Source: Parcubacteria group bacterium (GTDB lineage Bacteria; Patescibacteriota; Minisyncoccia; Phycocordibacterales; CSBR16-119). Taken from it: a stretch of DNA of 64,000 nucleotides. The notes beneath the pieces were generated by a model. That model made no database searches. It saw nothing but the letters and a program-made list of their open reading frames with translations, and had not been told where the DNA came from. Shown here piece after piece: positions 8,996 to 17,903 of the stretch; within the stretch, counting starts at the first letter, position 1; each line of letters opens with the position of its first letter. The stretch lies in the NCBI GenBank assembly GCA_943356745.1, contig CALRFT010000001.1, positions 11,946-75,945 on the forward strand, in the 5' to 3' direction. The position numbers and the translations under genes are program-made.

Positions 8996-10714
8996 TTATT
9001 TTTGTCTAGGTTTTATGATCCAATTTTGGATATCTTCGACCGTCCCACCAACCTTTTTCTTTGGATTAAAAATATTCCTCATGTCAAAAATATCTTTGAG
9101 TTCTTGAAACACAGAAACCATGTGATCACCAAACATATATGGCAAATATGGCGTACGAATAATTCCGTCATTATGCTCTGCAGTTATTGAGCCTTCGTAT
9201 TTTTTCACAATTGTATATACTTTTTCCGAAAGTTCAAAAATAATTTTTTGAGTTTCTGGATTTTGAAAATCCATAAGAGGAATTACGTGAAGATTTCCAT
9301 TCCCAAGATGTCCAGCAACTGTATATAAAAGCTTTCGAGAATCCAAAAGTTCAGTAAGTTCTTTCATATAAGCTGGGTAGTGAACAACTGGAATAACACA
9401 ATCATCAATGAAAGGCGCTGTTCTCAGTTTTTTTGAATGATCAGAAAGAAGCTTGAATGAATCTCGACGAATATTCCAATATTTTTCAATCTCTTTTTCA
9501 GTAGTTAAAATTCTTGATGGTAATTTCAAAAATCCCAATGCTTTTTGAGCCCGAATTGCTTCACCTTCTATTTCTTTTCTGTCATTTGAAACAAATTCAA
9601 TCAAAACAACATATTCTGGAATCCCTCCCGTGAGAGACATCCATATTTCTGGAATAAAATTAAATGCATATTTGAGAATTCCCAAAATTCCTTTGTCTTT
9701 CAAAAAATCTTTAAAGAAACGTACTGCAAATTTAAATGTATGCTTATCATATACTTCCATTGTCTCAATATCAAAACCAGAAAGATTTTCAACAATTTTC
9801 GGAAGCCGCTCACTTGAATCAGCAAACAACACCAGAAGATTTGAAAAAGTTTCAATTGGAACAACCTTATATGTTATTTCAGTAATAATCGCAGTTGTGC
9901 CTTGCGCGCCCACAATCATCTTCGTGAGATCAAAAGTTTGAGTTTCTTCATCCCAAACATCCCAAATAAGGTAACCGGAAGAGTTCTTTGTTGTTTTTGG
10001 TTTTGCTTCTTTGATTTCATTTCTATTTCTTTGAATCAAATTCCAGACTGACCGATACAGACGACCCTCAAAAGTATCTTCAATCATTTTTGCGTCGAGT
10101 TCTGTTTTTGATATTGGTTTTACGTGGTATTCATTACCATCAGAAAAAACAGCTTTAAGTTCCAAAACAAAATCTTTATTTTGACCGTACTTCAAGCTTT
10201 TTTCACCCGCGCCATTATTTCCAACCATTCCACCAACAGCACAAAGATTTTTTGAAGCCGGGAAACACGGCATAACCATACTATATTTTTCAAGCTCTTG
10301 TTCAAGAATCTTATAAGGAGTTCCAGGTAAAACCTTAACATGACCAACAACAGGAAATGAATGTTTTGTGATTGGATTATATTGAAAACCGTAATCTTTT
10401 TTTACAATCTCCAAAATACCCGACATGTATTTTGTCGTGTCTACAATAATGGACTCATTAAGAGAACCTCCAGACATGCAAGTTCCTGCGGCTCGAACAG
10501 TGAGCGACAAATCACTATATCCTCCCATTTGACGCTTTACATCGACCCAATGAACCAGTTCTTGGATATCTTTCGAGTGTTTTGGAAAGACAACAACCTG
10601 GGGTTTTACAGAGAAAATACTATAATCCGTACTTCTTGAATTCAAAATTTCCTCACTCATGTCAACATCACCCTCAATAAGGCTTTTAAGTTCTTGAATA
10701 AGTTCTTTTTCCAT
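8996..10714 (-). CDS. FAD-binding oxidoreductase (GlcD / D-lactate dehydrogenase family)
   Basis: RAAGTCMSGGS, GGMVGNN, GHLGNGNLH, AEHNDG, FNPKK motifs; start taken at MEKEL. Confidence 0.9.
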   Translation of the reverse strand: MEKELIQELKSLIEGDVDMSEEILNSRSTDYSIFSVKPQVVVFPKHSKDIQELVHWVDVKRQMGGYSDLSLTVRAAGTCMSGGSLNESIIVDTTKYMSGILEIVKKDYGFQYNPITKHSFPVVGHVKVLPGTPYKILEQELEKYSMVMPCFPASKNLCAVGGMVGNNGAGEKSLKYGQNKDFVLELKAVFSDGNEYHVKPISKTELDAKMIEDTFEGRLYRSVWNLIQRNRNEIKEAKPKTTKNSSGYLIWDVWDEETQTFDLTKMIVGAQGTTAIITEITYKVVPIETFSNLLVLFADSSERLPKIVENLSGFDIETMEVYDKHTFKFAVRFFKDFLKDKGILGILKYAFNFIPEIWMSLTGGIPEYVVLIEFVSNDRKEIEGEAIRAQKALGFLKLPSRILTTEKEIEKYWNIRRDSFKLLSDHSKKLRTAPFIDDCVIPVVHYPAYMKELTELLDSRKLLYTVAGHLGNGNLHVIPLMDFQNPETQKIIFELSEKVYTIVKKYEGSITAEHNDGIIRTPYLPYMFGDHMVSVFQELKDIFDMRNIFNPKKKVGGTVEDIQNWIIKPRQK

Positions 10715-10764
10715 ATGTAGCCATTCTACCATGGAAAAGCTTGATTCAATGCTATAATGCAAAT

Positions 10765-11775
10765 ATGTCGGAACAAAAAAACATTGATTTTTTAGCAATC
10801 GGCGACATTGTCGTTGATGCATTTATACAACTACAAGATGCCAGGGTTCATTGTGATATCAATAATGATAACTGTACGATTTCCATGCGTTTTGGAGACA
10901 AAATACCTTATAAAAACCTTAAGGTTGTTTCGGGAGTTGGAAATTCACCAAATGCAGCTGTGTCAGCAGCTAGACTTGGTCTTTCATCTGCAGTGGCAAC
11001 TCATATTGGTGATGATCAACACGGAAAAGACTGCATAGAATCACTCAGAAAAAATATGGTTAATACGAGTTTTGTTCAAATACAAAAAGGATACGACACA
11101 AACTACCATTTTGTTCTTTCTTTTGAAGCAGAGCGAACTATTCTAATCAAACACGCAGAATTTAAGTATGACTTTCCTTCTATTATTGGAAATCATGTAC
11201 CGAAATGGATTTACTTTAGTTCAGTTGCACCAAATTCTCTTCACTATCACGAACAAATTGGTGACTATTTGAAAAAAAATAAAGATGTTCGCTTTGCCTT
11301 CCAACCTGGAACATTCCAGATTAGTCTTGGTGCAGAAAAGTTGAAAGATATTTACCAAAGAACTGAAATATTTTTCTGCAATAGAGAAGAAGCCCAGAAA
11401 ATTCTATCCTCAAATTCGAGTGAAATTATTGAACTTCTCAAAGGTATTCACAATCTTGGACCAAAGATTGTTTGCATTACAGATGGTCCAGACGGAGCGT
11501 ATGCATACGATGGAACAAATGCTTGGTTTCAACCAATTTATCCAGATCCAAAACCTCCAGTGGAAAGAACTGGCGCGGGAGATAGTTTTGCATCAACTTT
11601 CACCTCAGCACTTGCGCTCGGACTTTCAATCGAACAAGCGCTTTCTTGGGGTCCAATTAACTCCATGAATGTTGTTCAGTATATTGGCGCACAAGAAGGA
11701 TTGCTCACAAGAAAAGAATTGGAAGAGTTTTTGGAAAATGCACCCAGCTCTTACAAAAGTAAAAAAATACTTTAA
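10765..11775 (+). CDS. PfkB/ribokinase-family carbohydrate kinase
   Basis: GNSPNAAVSAARLG and ERTGAGDSF signatures; start taken at MSEQK. Confidence 0.92.
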   Translation: MSEQKNIDFLAIGDIVVDAFIQLQDARVHCDINNDNCTISMRFGDKIPYKNLKVVSGVGNSPNAAVSAARLGLSSAVATHIGDDQHGKDCIESLRKNMVNTSFVQIQKGYDTNYHFVLSFEAERTILIKHAEFKYDFPSIIGNHVPKWIYFSSVAPNSLHYHEQIGDYLKKNKDVRFAFQPGTFQISLGAEKLKDIYQRTEIFFCNREEAQKILSSNSSEIIELLKGIHNLGPKIVCITDGPDGAYAYDGTNAWFQPIYPDPKPPVERTGAGDSFASTFTSALALGLSIEQALSWGPINSMNVVQYIGAQEGLLTRKELEEFLENAPSSYKSKKIL

Positions 11776-11777
11776 CC

Positions 11778-12065
11778 ATGTCTGAAACCTCAAAACAAAT
11801 TAATAATATAAACGACCTCACAAAAGAACAAACTGACACTTGGATTGAAGGAGTTCTTCGTGAATATGATTGGCTCACCAAAGACAAACAAAAAATTTGT
11901 GATGAACTCAAACAAGTTCAAGAAAAACTTCGACCTCTTGAAGATCAGTATCTAGATTTTGTAGAGCATCACAAAAAAGATACCGAGGAAGCAATGGAAA
12001 CCAAACATAAAATACAGGTATTACAAGGTAAACTACGACAACTCTATGAGTTGTATAGAAAATAA
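11778..12065 (+). CDS. Small coiled-coil hypothetical protein
   Basis: 95-aa charged helical ORF 2 nt after the kinase stop. Confidence 0.7.
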   Translation: MSETSKQINNINDLTKEQTDTWIEGVLREYDWLTKDKQKICDELKQVQEKLRPLEDQYLDFVEHHKKDTEEAMETKHKIQVLQGKLRQLYELYRK

Positions 12066-12066
12066 T

Positions 12067-12279
12067 ATGGATAATAGTTTTAATTTTGAAAAAATTACAA
12101 AACAGAAAACAGCTCAAGAACTCATGACAGAACTAGAAAATCTTAATGTAAAAAAAAATGAACTAGAGCAAACGGAGGAAAGTTTTGATGAACCAAATAA
12201 TTTGTTTGAATTAGAAAAAGTAAAACAAAATATTACACAAGTAGAAAAAGATCTCCAAAGACGAGTAGATAATAACTAA
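12067..12279 (+). CDS. Small coiled-coil hypothetical protein
   Basis: 70-aa ORF from MDNSF, 1 nt after previous stop. Confidence 0.7.
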   Translation: MDNSFNFEKITKQKTAQELMTELENLNVKKNELEQTEESFDEPNNLFELEKVKQNITQVEKDLQRRVDNN

Positions 12280-12280
12280 C

Positions 12281-12394
12281 ATGACAGATTTCGAAAAAGA
12301 GATTCAAAAAATTCAAGAAGAAATTGCAGTCAAAGCAATGGTTGGTGAAGACACAAAAAAGCTTGAAGAAAAATTAAAAAAACTAAAAAAGTAA
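12281..12394 (+). CDS. 37-aa helical microprotein
   Basis: MTDFEKEIQKIQEEIAVKAMVGEDTKKLEEKLKKLKK, 1 nt after previous stop, ends in a terminator arm. Confidence 0.6.
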   Translation: MTDFEKEIQKIQEEIAVKAMVGEDTKKLEEKLKKLKK

Positions 12395-12427
12395 GCATTT
12401 GCTTACTTTTTTAGTTTTTTTAGATAC

Positions 12428-12456
12428 TTGACAAATTTATGTTTAAATGATATTAT
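12428..12456 (+). promoter_or_regulatory. sigma70-type promoter
   Basis: TTGACA-17 nt-TATTAT. Confidence 0.75.
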
Positions 12457-12481
12457 TTGTTTAAATTTAAAACTTTATCTT

Positions 12482-12664
12482 ATGAAAACAATCTCGTTCC
12501 TTCTTTTTTCGCTTTTCGCAATACTAATGGTAAAAATTAGCTTTGTGCCAGCAATATCAAGCCAAGCCTTCCAAGATGAAAACTTATTTATTGCCGGATC
12601 GGTTTCGGGAACACTCGGCTTATTATTTCTATCTCTAAGCAGAAATAAAATGACCTCTTTATAA
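12482..12664 (+). CDS. Small two-TM hypothetical protein
   Basis: MKTISFLL... 60 aa with own promoter; stop lies in the terminator hairpin 12647-12676. Confidence 0.6.
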   Translation: MKTISFLLFSLFAILMVKISFVPAISSQAFQDENLFIAGSVSGTLGLLFLSLSRNKMTSL

Positions 12665-12676
12665 AGAGGTCATTTT

Positions 12677-13678
12677 TTATTTTCTAGCTCTTACTTTTTT
12701 AACTGCTATTTTAATATCACTCACTGTGAGACCATACTCTTTGTAAAGTTCTTCTGCTGTTCCTGACTGACCAAATCTATCGTGAACCCCCACAAACTCC
12801 ATCGGTCTTGGGAAATCTGAAGCCAAACATTCAGCAATCGCACTTCCCAATCCTCCAGTTACTTGATGCTCTTCAACAGTCACTATCCCTCCGCAATCTT
12901 TTGCAAATTTTCGAATTGATTGAGTATCAAGAGGTTTTATTGTTGCAAGATTCATCACAGAAACAGAAACTCCTTCTTCTGCAAGTTCTCGAGCTGCAAG
13001 TATCGCAGAATATACAAGTGATCCACAAGCAATAATTCCAACTTCCGGAAGTTTTCCAGAGTATGAATGTCCATCAAAAAATATTTGTGCCTTCCCTATT
13101 TCAAATGAGGTTTCTTCTGTTGTAAAAACCGGACTCTTTTCCCGAGCAAGTCGTATATACACTGGACCATTATGCTTGGTCGCAGCGACAGTTGCTTTGT
13201 ATGCTTCGTTGCTGTCACATGGCACAAGAACTGTCATGTTTGGTTGCATTCGCATGAGTCCAATATCTTCTAAAGCTTGATGAGTTGCACCGTCGGGACC
13301 CACAGAAAGCCCAGCGTGACAACCAACAATTTTCACTGGGAAATTATTCAAAGAAATTGTTGTACGAATTTGTTCGTTGTTTCTTCCTGGAGAAAAAGCA
13401 GCGTATGACATAATAAATGGAATCTTTCCATAATTTGCCATTCCAGATGCTAAAGCCGCAAGATTTTGTTCCGCAACCCCAAGTTCAACATAGCGTTCAG
13501 GAAATTCTTTTTGAAACCATTCTGTTCTTGTTGATTCAGATAAGTCTGCACAAAGTGCCACAACTCGAGCATCTTGCTTTCCAGCTTCAACCAAACCAAG
13601 CCCAAAACCGTCTCGAGTTGCTTTTTGCTCGAGTTTTATTTTTGAAAATAAATCTTTGTGAAGTTTTGGATCAAACAT
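12677..13678 (-). CDS. Transketolase, C-terminal subunit
   Basis: GVAEQN, GPDGATHQALED, PVYIRLAR, TVEEH motifs. Confidence 0.95.
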   Translation of the reverse strand: MFDPKLHKDLFSKIKLEQKATRDGFGLGLVEAGKQDARVVALCADLSESTRTEWFQKEFPERYVELGVAEQNLAALASGMANYGKIPFIMSYAAFSPGRNNEQIRTTISLNNFPVKIVGCHAGLSVGPDGATHQALEDIGLMRMQPNMTVLVPCDSNEAYKATVAATKHNGPVYIRLAREKSPVFTTEETSFEIGKAQIFFDGHSYSGKLPEVGIIACGSLVYSAILAARELAEEGVSVSVMNLATIKPLDTQSIRKFAKDCGGIVTVEEHQVTGGLGSAIAECLASDFPRPMEFVGVHDRFGQSGTAEELYKEYGLTVSDIKIAVKKVRARK

Positions 13679-13689
13679 ACAAATTTAAA

Positions 13690-13944
13690 TTAAAGCGAAT
13701 ATGAAGTAAGACACTCTTGATAGAATGATTCTTCTCGAGCTTTATCGTCATATTCTTGTGAAGATGTAAGATCGGTACAAAATTCTTCAACATTTGCATA
13801 ACCTTCAAACTGCGCCGTGTCTCGAGTTGGTAAAAACTCCTCCTGTGATTTTCCTCTATTTTGAATCTTTGAAGCAATGAGAAGAATAATTGCAATACCT
13901 ATAATACTAAGCATCAATATTGTTTTTTTACTTAATTTAGTCAT
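13690..13944 (-). CDS. Small membrane-anchored hypothetical protein
   Basis: N-terminal TM, two Cys; lies between the two transketolase halves. Confidence 0.7.
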   Translation of the reverse strand: MTKLSKKTILMLSIIGIAIILLIASKIQNRGKSQEEFLPTRDTAQFEGYANVEEFCTDLTSSQEYDDKAREESFYQECLTSYSL

Positions 13945-14800
13945 GATGTGTAGATTCTATTTTACCTCGTAATGTTCGTAATTCTTTTAAGAATTTTTGC
14001 TCTTCTTCTTTTGTTGGCGGTTTTCCATGCCATGTGTAATCAAATTCAATTTCTTTAATTCCTTTACCTGGAATTGTATGAGCAATAATCATAATTGGCT
14101 TTTCGTAAATAGCGCGAGCTGTATCAATCGCATACACAACTTCTTCAATATTATTTCCATTCACCTCAATAACATGCCAATTAAATGATTCCCATTTATC
14201 CTTGAGCGGTTCAATAGGCATAACATCTTCAGTCATTCCATTAATCTGAATATTATTTCTATCAATAATTCCTATTAAATTTGAAAGTCTATTTTTCCCT
14301 GCAAACATAGCTGCCTCCCAAATATTTCCTGTTTGCATTTCACCGTCAGACATAAGACAAAAGGTTGTAAACTTTTTGTTATCCATTCTTCCAGCATATG
14401 CAATACCAGCAGCTTGGGAAAGCCCAGATCCAAGTGGTCCTGACGTTGTCTCAAGAGCAAATATCTTACTTCTTTCTGGGTGACCTTGAAGTCTTGAACC
14501 AAACTTTCGAAGAGTTTTGAGTTCCTCGATTGGAAAATATCCAGCCAGTGCCATCACGGCGTAACGAATCGGTACAATATGTCCATTTGAAAGAATAATT
14601 CTATCTCTTTCTTCCCAATCTGGATTATGAACATCATGTTTTGCGGAATGAAAATAAAGTGCAGTAAAAATATCCGCAATACCAAGAGGTCCAGCAGTAT
14701 GACCTGAACCGGCGTCTTCAAGCATATCAACAACGAGCATTCTTGCTTCGTTTGCTTTGAGTTCAAGTTCTTTGATTGTGTGAGGAGGAATAAATGACAT
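13937..14800 (-). CDS. Transketolase, N-terminal subunit
   Basis: SGH, RDRIILSNGH, LQGHP, SDGE...N TPP-binding motif. Confidence 0.95.
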   Translation of the reverse strand: MSFIPPHTIKELELKANEARMLVVDMLEDAGSGHTAGPLGIADIFTALYFHSAKHDVHNPDWEERDRIILSNGHIVPIRYAVMALAGYFPIEELKTLRKFGSRLQGHPERSKIFALETTSGPLGSGLSQAAGIAYAGRMDNKKFTTFCLMSDGEMQTGNIWEAAMFAGKNRLSNLIGIIDRNNIQINGMTEDVMPIEPLKDKWESFNWHVIEVNGNNIEEVVYAIDTARAIYEKPIMIIAHTIPGKGIKEIEFDYTWHGKPPTKEEEQKFLKELRTLRGKIESTHHD

Positions 14801-14812
14801 GGTTATATTGTA

Positions 14813-15514
14813 CTATATTTCTGATTCAGAATTTTCACCCGAAAGCGTGTGGATTGCCTCTACGACATCAATACTTTTTGATAAGTATGACCCAGAGACA
14901 AGGCGAGTAGCGCCAGCTTTGATAAGTTGTTTTGAAGTTTCAGGACTTACACCTCCATCAATACTGACAATCATATCGGGAACGATTTTTTTAACTTGTT
15001 TTATTTGTGTAAGGACTCTTTCATCAAATACCTGGCCTTGCTTCCCAATTGTTTCAATCCCCATACATTGGACAAAGTCAACATGTTTCAATATTTCAGA
15101 ATATTCTGAGATTAAATCATCACACGAGAAAGCAATTCCAAAATGAATAAAACTCTGAACACTTCTGTGTTTTTCAAGAAAAGCTATGTATGATTTTGGA
15201 TCCACACTCCCTGCATGAATAATAATTCGTGAAGGACCCCACTCAATAAATCTCTCAAGACTTTCTAGTGGATTTGCAATCATAAGATCAAGTTCAATAT
15301 CAATATCCTGCCAACCAGGAAAACCTTCTTCTTCAAGAATTTTATATTCTTCGTACTGGTTTTTGCTGTTGTATGGCCATGTTTTTGGCGCTGCAAAATC
15401 ACCATCAACCAAATCAATTTGAATAGTTTGAATTGAGGTTTCAAGATACCGAGAAACAGTATCTTCGATATCTTTTCTTGTTTTTGGTAATACCGCAGGA
15501 ATTATTTCAATCAT
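14813..15514 (-). CDS. rpe: Ribulose-phosphate 3-epimerase
   Basis: IIPAVL, QIDLVDGDF, GKQGQVF, IDGGV, LVSGS; start taken at MIEII. Confidence 0.88.
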   Translation of the reverse strand: MIEIIPAVLPKTRKDIEDTVSRYLETSIQTIQIDLVDGDFAAPKTWPYNSKNQYEEYKILEEEGFPGWQDIDIELDLMIANPLESLERFIEWGPSRIIIHAGSVDPKSYIAFLEKHRSVQSFIHFGIAFSCDDLISEYSEILKHVDFVQCMGIETIGKQGQVFDERVLTQIKQVKKIVPDMIVSIDGGVSPETSKQLIKAGATRLVSGSYLSKSIDVVEAIHTLSGENSESEI

Positions 15515-15521
15515 ATGAATA

Positions 15522-16622
15522 TTATAAAACAATAAGGAGAATAATGATAAACAAAACAAGAACCCAGAACAAACCTCGAACACCAGCGCTATGATGACGA
15601 CTTATGTAGCCCTTACCGTGTTCCAATTTTGCTTGTCTTGCAAGAGCATTGAGCTCTAATCTTTCAATAAAAAGTTCTTGTGCTTTCCCAACATTTGAGT
15701 CTTCACCAAGCCATGCATCCAAAGCAGGTGCTTGCAGTGCTCGTGAAAAAGAAAATGTAACCTGCCATGGATATGGACCAAGCGCCGCGATTTCGTTGAG
15801 ATTATGAAGAGCGTATTGTGGATTTTGTCCACCAGATAAAAACACAACACCTCCTGTGTGTGGCGGAACATTTTTTTTCAAAACTTCAGCAGTATGTTTT
15901 GCAACCAATTCATGGGAAGCTTCAACCTCTGCTTCACTTCCAGCAACAACCATACTTGTCTTGAGAATCAGACCCCCGAGATAGACTTCATGTTTTTCCA
16001 GAGCTTGGAAAAGTTTTTCTAACACTTTTTCAGTGACAATTTTCGCTCGTTCAATCGTATGATTTCCATCGAGCAAGACTTCAGGTTCAACCATGGGAAC
16101 CATTCCAGTTTCTTGTACCACTCTTGCATATCTCGCTAGAAGTTCACAGTTTTCTTCAATTGCCTTTTCACTCGGAAGAGTGTCGCTTACAGAAAAAGCT
16201 GCGCGCCATTTTGTAAATGTTGCATTCATCTGTTTGTAGTCAAACAAACGACTTCTTAAATCTTCTATTCCCTTTGTTTTTGTTTCAAGACTGTTTGGTT
16301 CAAGTGGTTCTAAACCAAGATCAACCTTAATACCAATCAAAACTCCTTTTCGTTTCAAAAGATCACGGAAAAGTTCTCCGTCGAGTGTCATTTGACGTAT
16401 TGTTTCATCATACAAAATAACCCCAGAAACATATTTTTCAATGTGAGGAGTCACAAGAAGAAGTTCTCGATATCGCCTTCTATTTTCTTCTGTTCCAGGA
16501 ATATTATATTCTGCAAATCTTTTATTGCATGAAGTGTTGCTTTCATCAGCAGCCAAAATACCCTTATGTCTATGTATAAGTTGTGTGGTGATTGTTGTGA
16601 GTTTATGTTTGTCTATTTGCAT
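15522..16622 (-). CDS. Class I fructose-bisphosphate aldolase with hydrophobic C-terminal tail
   Basis: GILAADES, KWRA, PMVEPEVL, LKTSMV Schiff-base Lys, FLSGGQ, TFSFSRALQ; start taken at MQIDK. Confidence 0.94.
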   Translation of the reverse strand: MQIDKHKLTTITTQLIHRHKGILAADESNTSCNKRFAEYNIPGTEENRRRYRELLLVTPHIEKYVSGVILYDETIRQMTLDGELFRDLLKRKGVLIGIKVDLGLEPLEPNSLETKTKGIEDLRSRLFDYKQMNATFTKWRAAFSVSDTLPSEKAIEENCELLARYARVVQETGMVPMVEPEVLLDGNHTIERAKIVTEKVLEKLFQALEKHEVYLGGLILKTSMVVAGSEAEVEASHELVAKHTAEVLKKNVPPHTGGVVFLSGGQNPQYALHNLNEIAALGPYPWQVTFSFSRALQAPALDAWLGEDSNVGKAQELFIERLELNALARQAKLEHGKGYISRHHSAGVRGLFWVLVLFIIILLIVL

Positions 16623-16623
16623 A

Positions 16624-17097
16624 TTATAAAAAGTCTTCAAAAAGTTTATCAATTTTTTCTATTCTTCTGACATGTCTTTCGTCTTCAGAAAAAGGAGTAT
16701 TGAGCCATTGTTGCACCACCATTTTTGCTTCAGGAAGTCCGACAAAACGCGCTCCAAGGCTCAAAATATTTGCGTCATTGTGTTCTCGTGAAAGAGAAAT
16801 AATTTCAACATTTCCACCATAGTAAGAAACAGCGCGAACATTGGCAAATCTGTTGCAAACAATTGCTTCACCTGTTCCACTTCCTCCGAGCACAATTCCT
16901 CGCAAGGTATCAGAATGTCTTGAAACATCTCGCGCAACAAGTTTTACAAAATCTGGATAATCATCTTCCGAGTTATGTTTCCAGGCACCATGATCAACAA
17001 CCTCATATCCTTCTTCTTTCAAAAAAGAAATGAGTTCTTGTTTCAATTCAAAACCAGCATGATCACTCGCAATTGCGATTGTTCCTTTTGTCTTCAT
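16624..17097 (-). CDS. rpiB: Ribose-5-phosphate isomerase B
   Basis: ASDHAGFELK, DDYPD, GGSGTGE, REHNDAN, RHVRRI; start taken at MKTKG. Confidence 0.94.
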   Translation of the reverse strand: MKTKGTIAIASDHAGFELKQELISFLKEEGYEVVDHGAWKHNSEDDYPDFVKLVARDVSRHSDTLRGIVLGGSGTGEAIVCNRFANVRAVSYYGGNVEIISLSREHNDANILSLGARFVGLPEAKMVVQQWLNTPFSEDERHVRRIEKIDKLFEDFL

Positions 17098-17109
17098 ATT
17101 TACATTGTA

Positions 17110-17150
17110 CCAGAAAAAACAAAAACCCCGTGAATATTCACGGGGTTTTT
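17110..17150. repeat. 41-bp direct repeat copy 1 (contains terminator hairpin)
   Basis: CCAGAAAAAACAAAAACCCCGTGAATATTCACGGGGTTTTT identical to 17861-17901. Confidence 0.95.
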
Positions 17151-17821
17151 TCTTCATTTCTGAAAAGAGAAATCCAATTTGTAATCTCCTCGTAATTTTT
17201 AAGACCGATTTCCACTGCACGAGATTTACAAATAGTTAAAAGTTCATCAACGGAAAAATCCTTCAGGTATACCAGCATCATAAGAGAAAAAGTATTCCAA
17301 AAATTGTCTTGAAAATTTGACGACAAGCTCATGATTTCAAGCAGTGTGTCTTCTTTTTCTTTTTTCCCTTTTGCTAAAATATACTTGATATCGTATTTTA
17401 CCCAAAAGTTTTCATACAATGCTAGCGGACTTGTTTTTTCTACCCATTCAAAAGAGGATAGATGTTTTGTCTTTCCCGCAATAAGCCCAATAACAGAAAG
17501 GCGTTCAAATTTTCTATCCGGATATTCTACCTCTGTCCATTTTTCATTCAAAAAAATAAAAAGGGTGTCATAAAAATCTTGAGTATCAATACCTGCCCGC
17601 TGAACCCACGACACAAATGAAATAAAATTAGGATACTGCGGAAATAATTCAAGAGAACCGGGAATTATTTCAATAGACAAGTCGGTGAAATCGTTTCGAA
17701 TAATTGAATTATTTTTTAAAAAATCAGCATATAAATCTCTTAGTAAAAAACCATCTTTTGATATGGGTTGATCATTCCTAAGCATTTGAGCCAATTCCGT
17801 AATGTTTGTAAGTTTTTTCAT
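17138..17821 (-). CDS. Hypothetical protein inserted between gap and rpiB
   Basis: 227-aa ORF, no recognisable motif, flanked by the 41-bp repeats. Confidence 0.75.
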   Translation of the reverse strand: MKKLTNITELAQMLRNDQPISKDGFLLRDLYADFLKNNSIIRNDFTDLSIEIIPGSLELFPQYPNFISFVSWVQRAGIDTQDFYDTLFIFLNEKWTEVEYPDRKFERLSVIGLIAGKTKHLSSFEWVEKTSPLALYENFWVKYDIKYILAKGKKEKEDTLLEIMSLSSNFQDNFWNTFSLMMLVYLKDFSVDELLTICKSRAVEIGLKNYEEITNWISLFRNEEKTP

Positions 17822-17860
17822 AGTACAGTATTTTTTGTTTTCATCACCTTATCACATTAT

Positions 17861-17901
17861 CCAGAAAAAACAAAAACCCCGTGAATATTCACGGGGTTTT
17901 T
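17861..17901. repeat. 41-bp direct repeat copy 2 (gap terminator)
   Basis: Identical to 17110-17150; immediately after the gap stop. Confidence 0.95.
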
Positions 17902-17903
17902 GT

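Noticed and set aside
10715-10822. Long N-terminal extensions in the ORF track (oxidoreductase, PfkB, rpiB, rpe, yqeY and others)
   Set aside because: They overlap neighbouring genes, promoters or terminators; downstream ATGs with -10 boxes fit better
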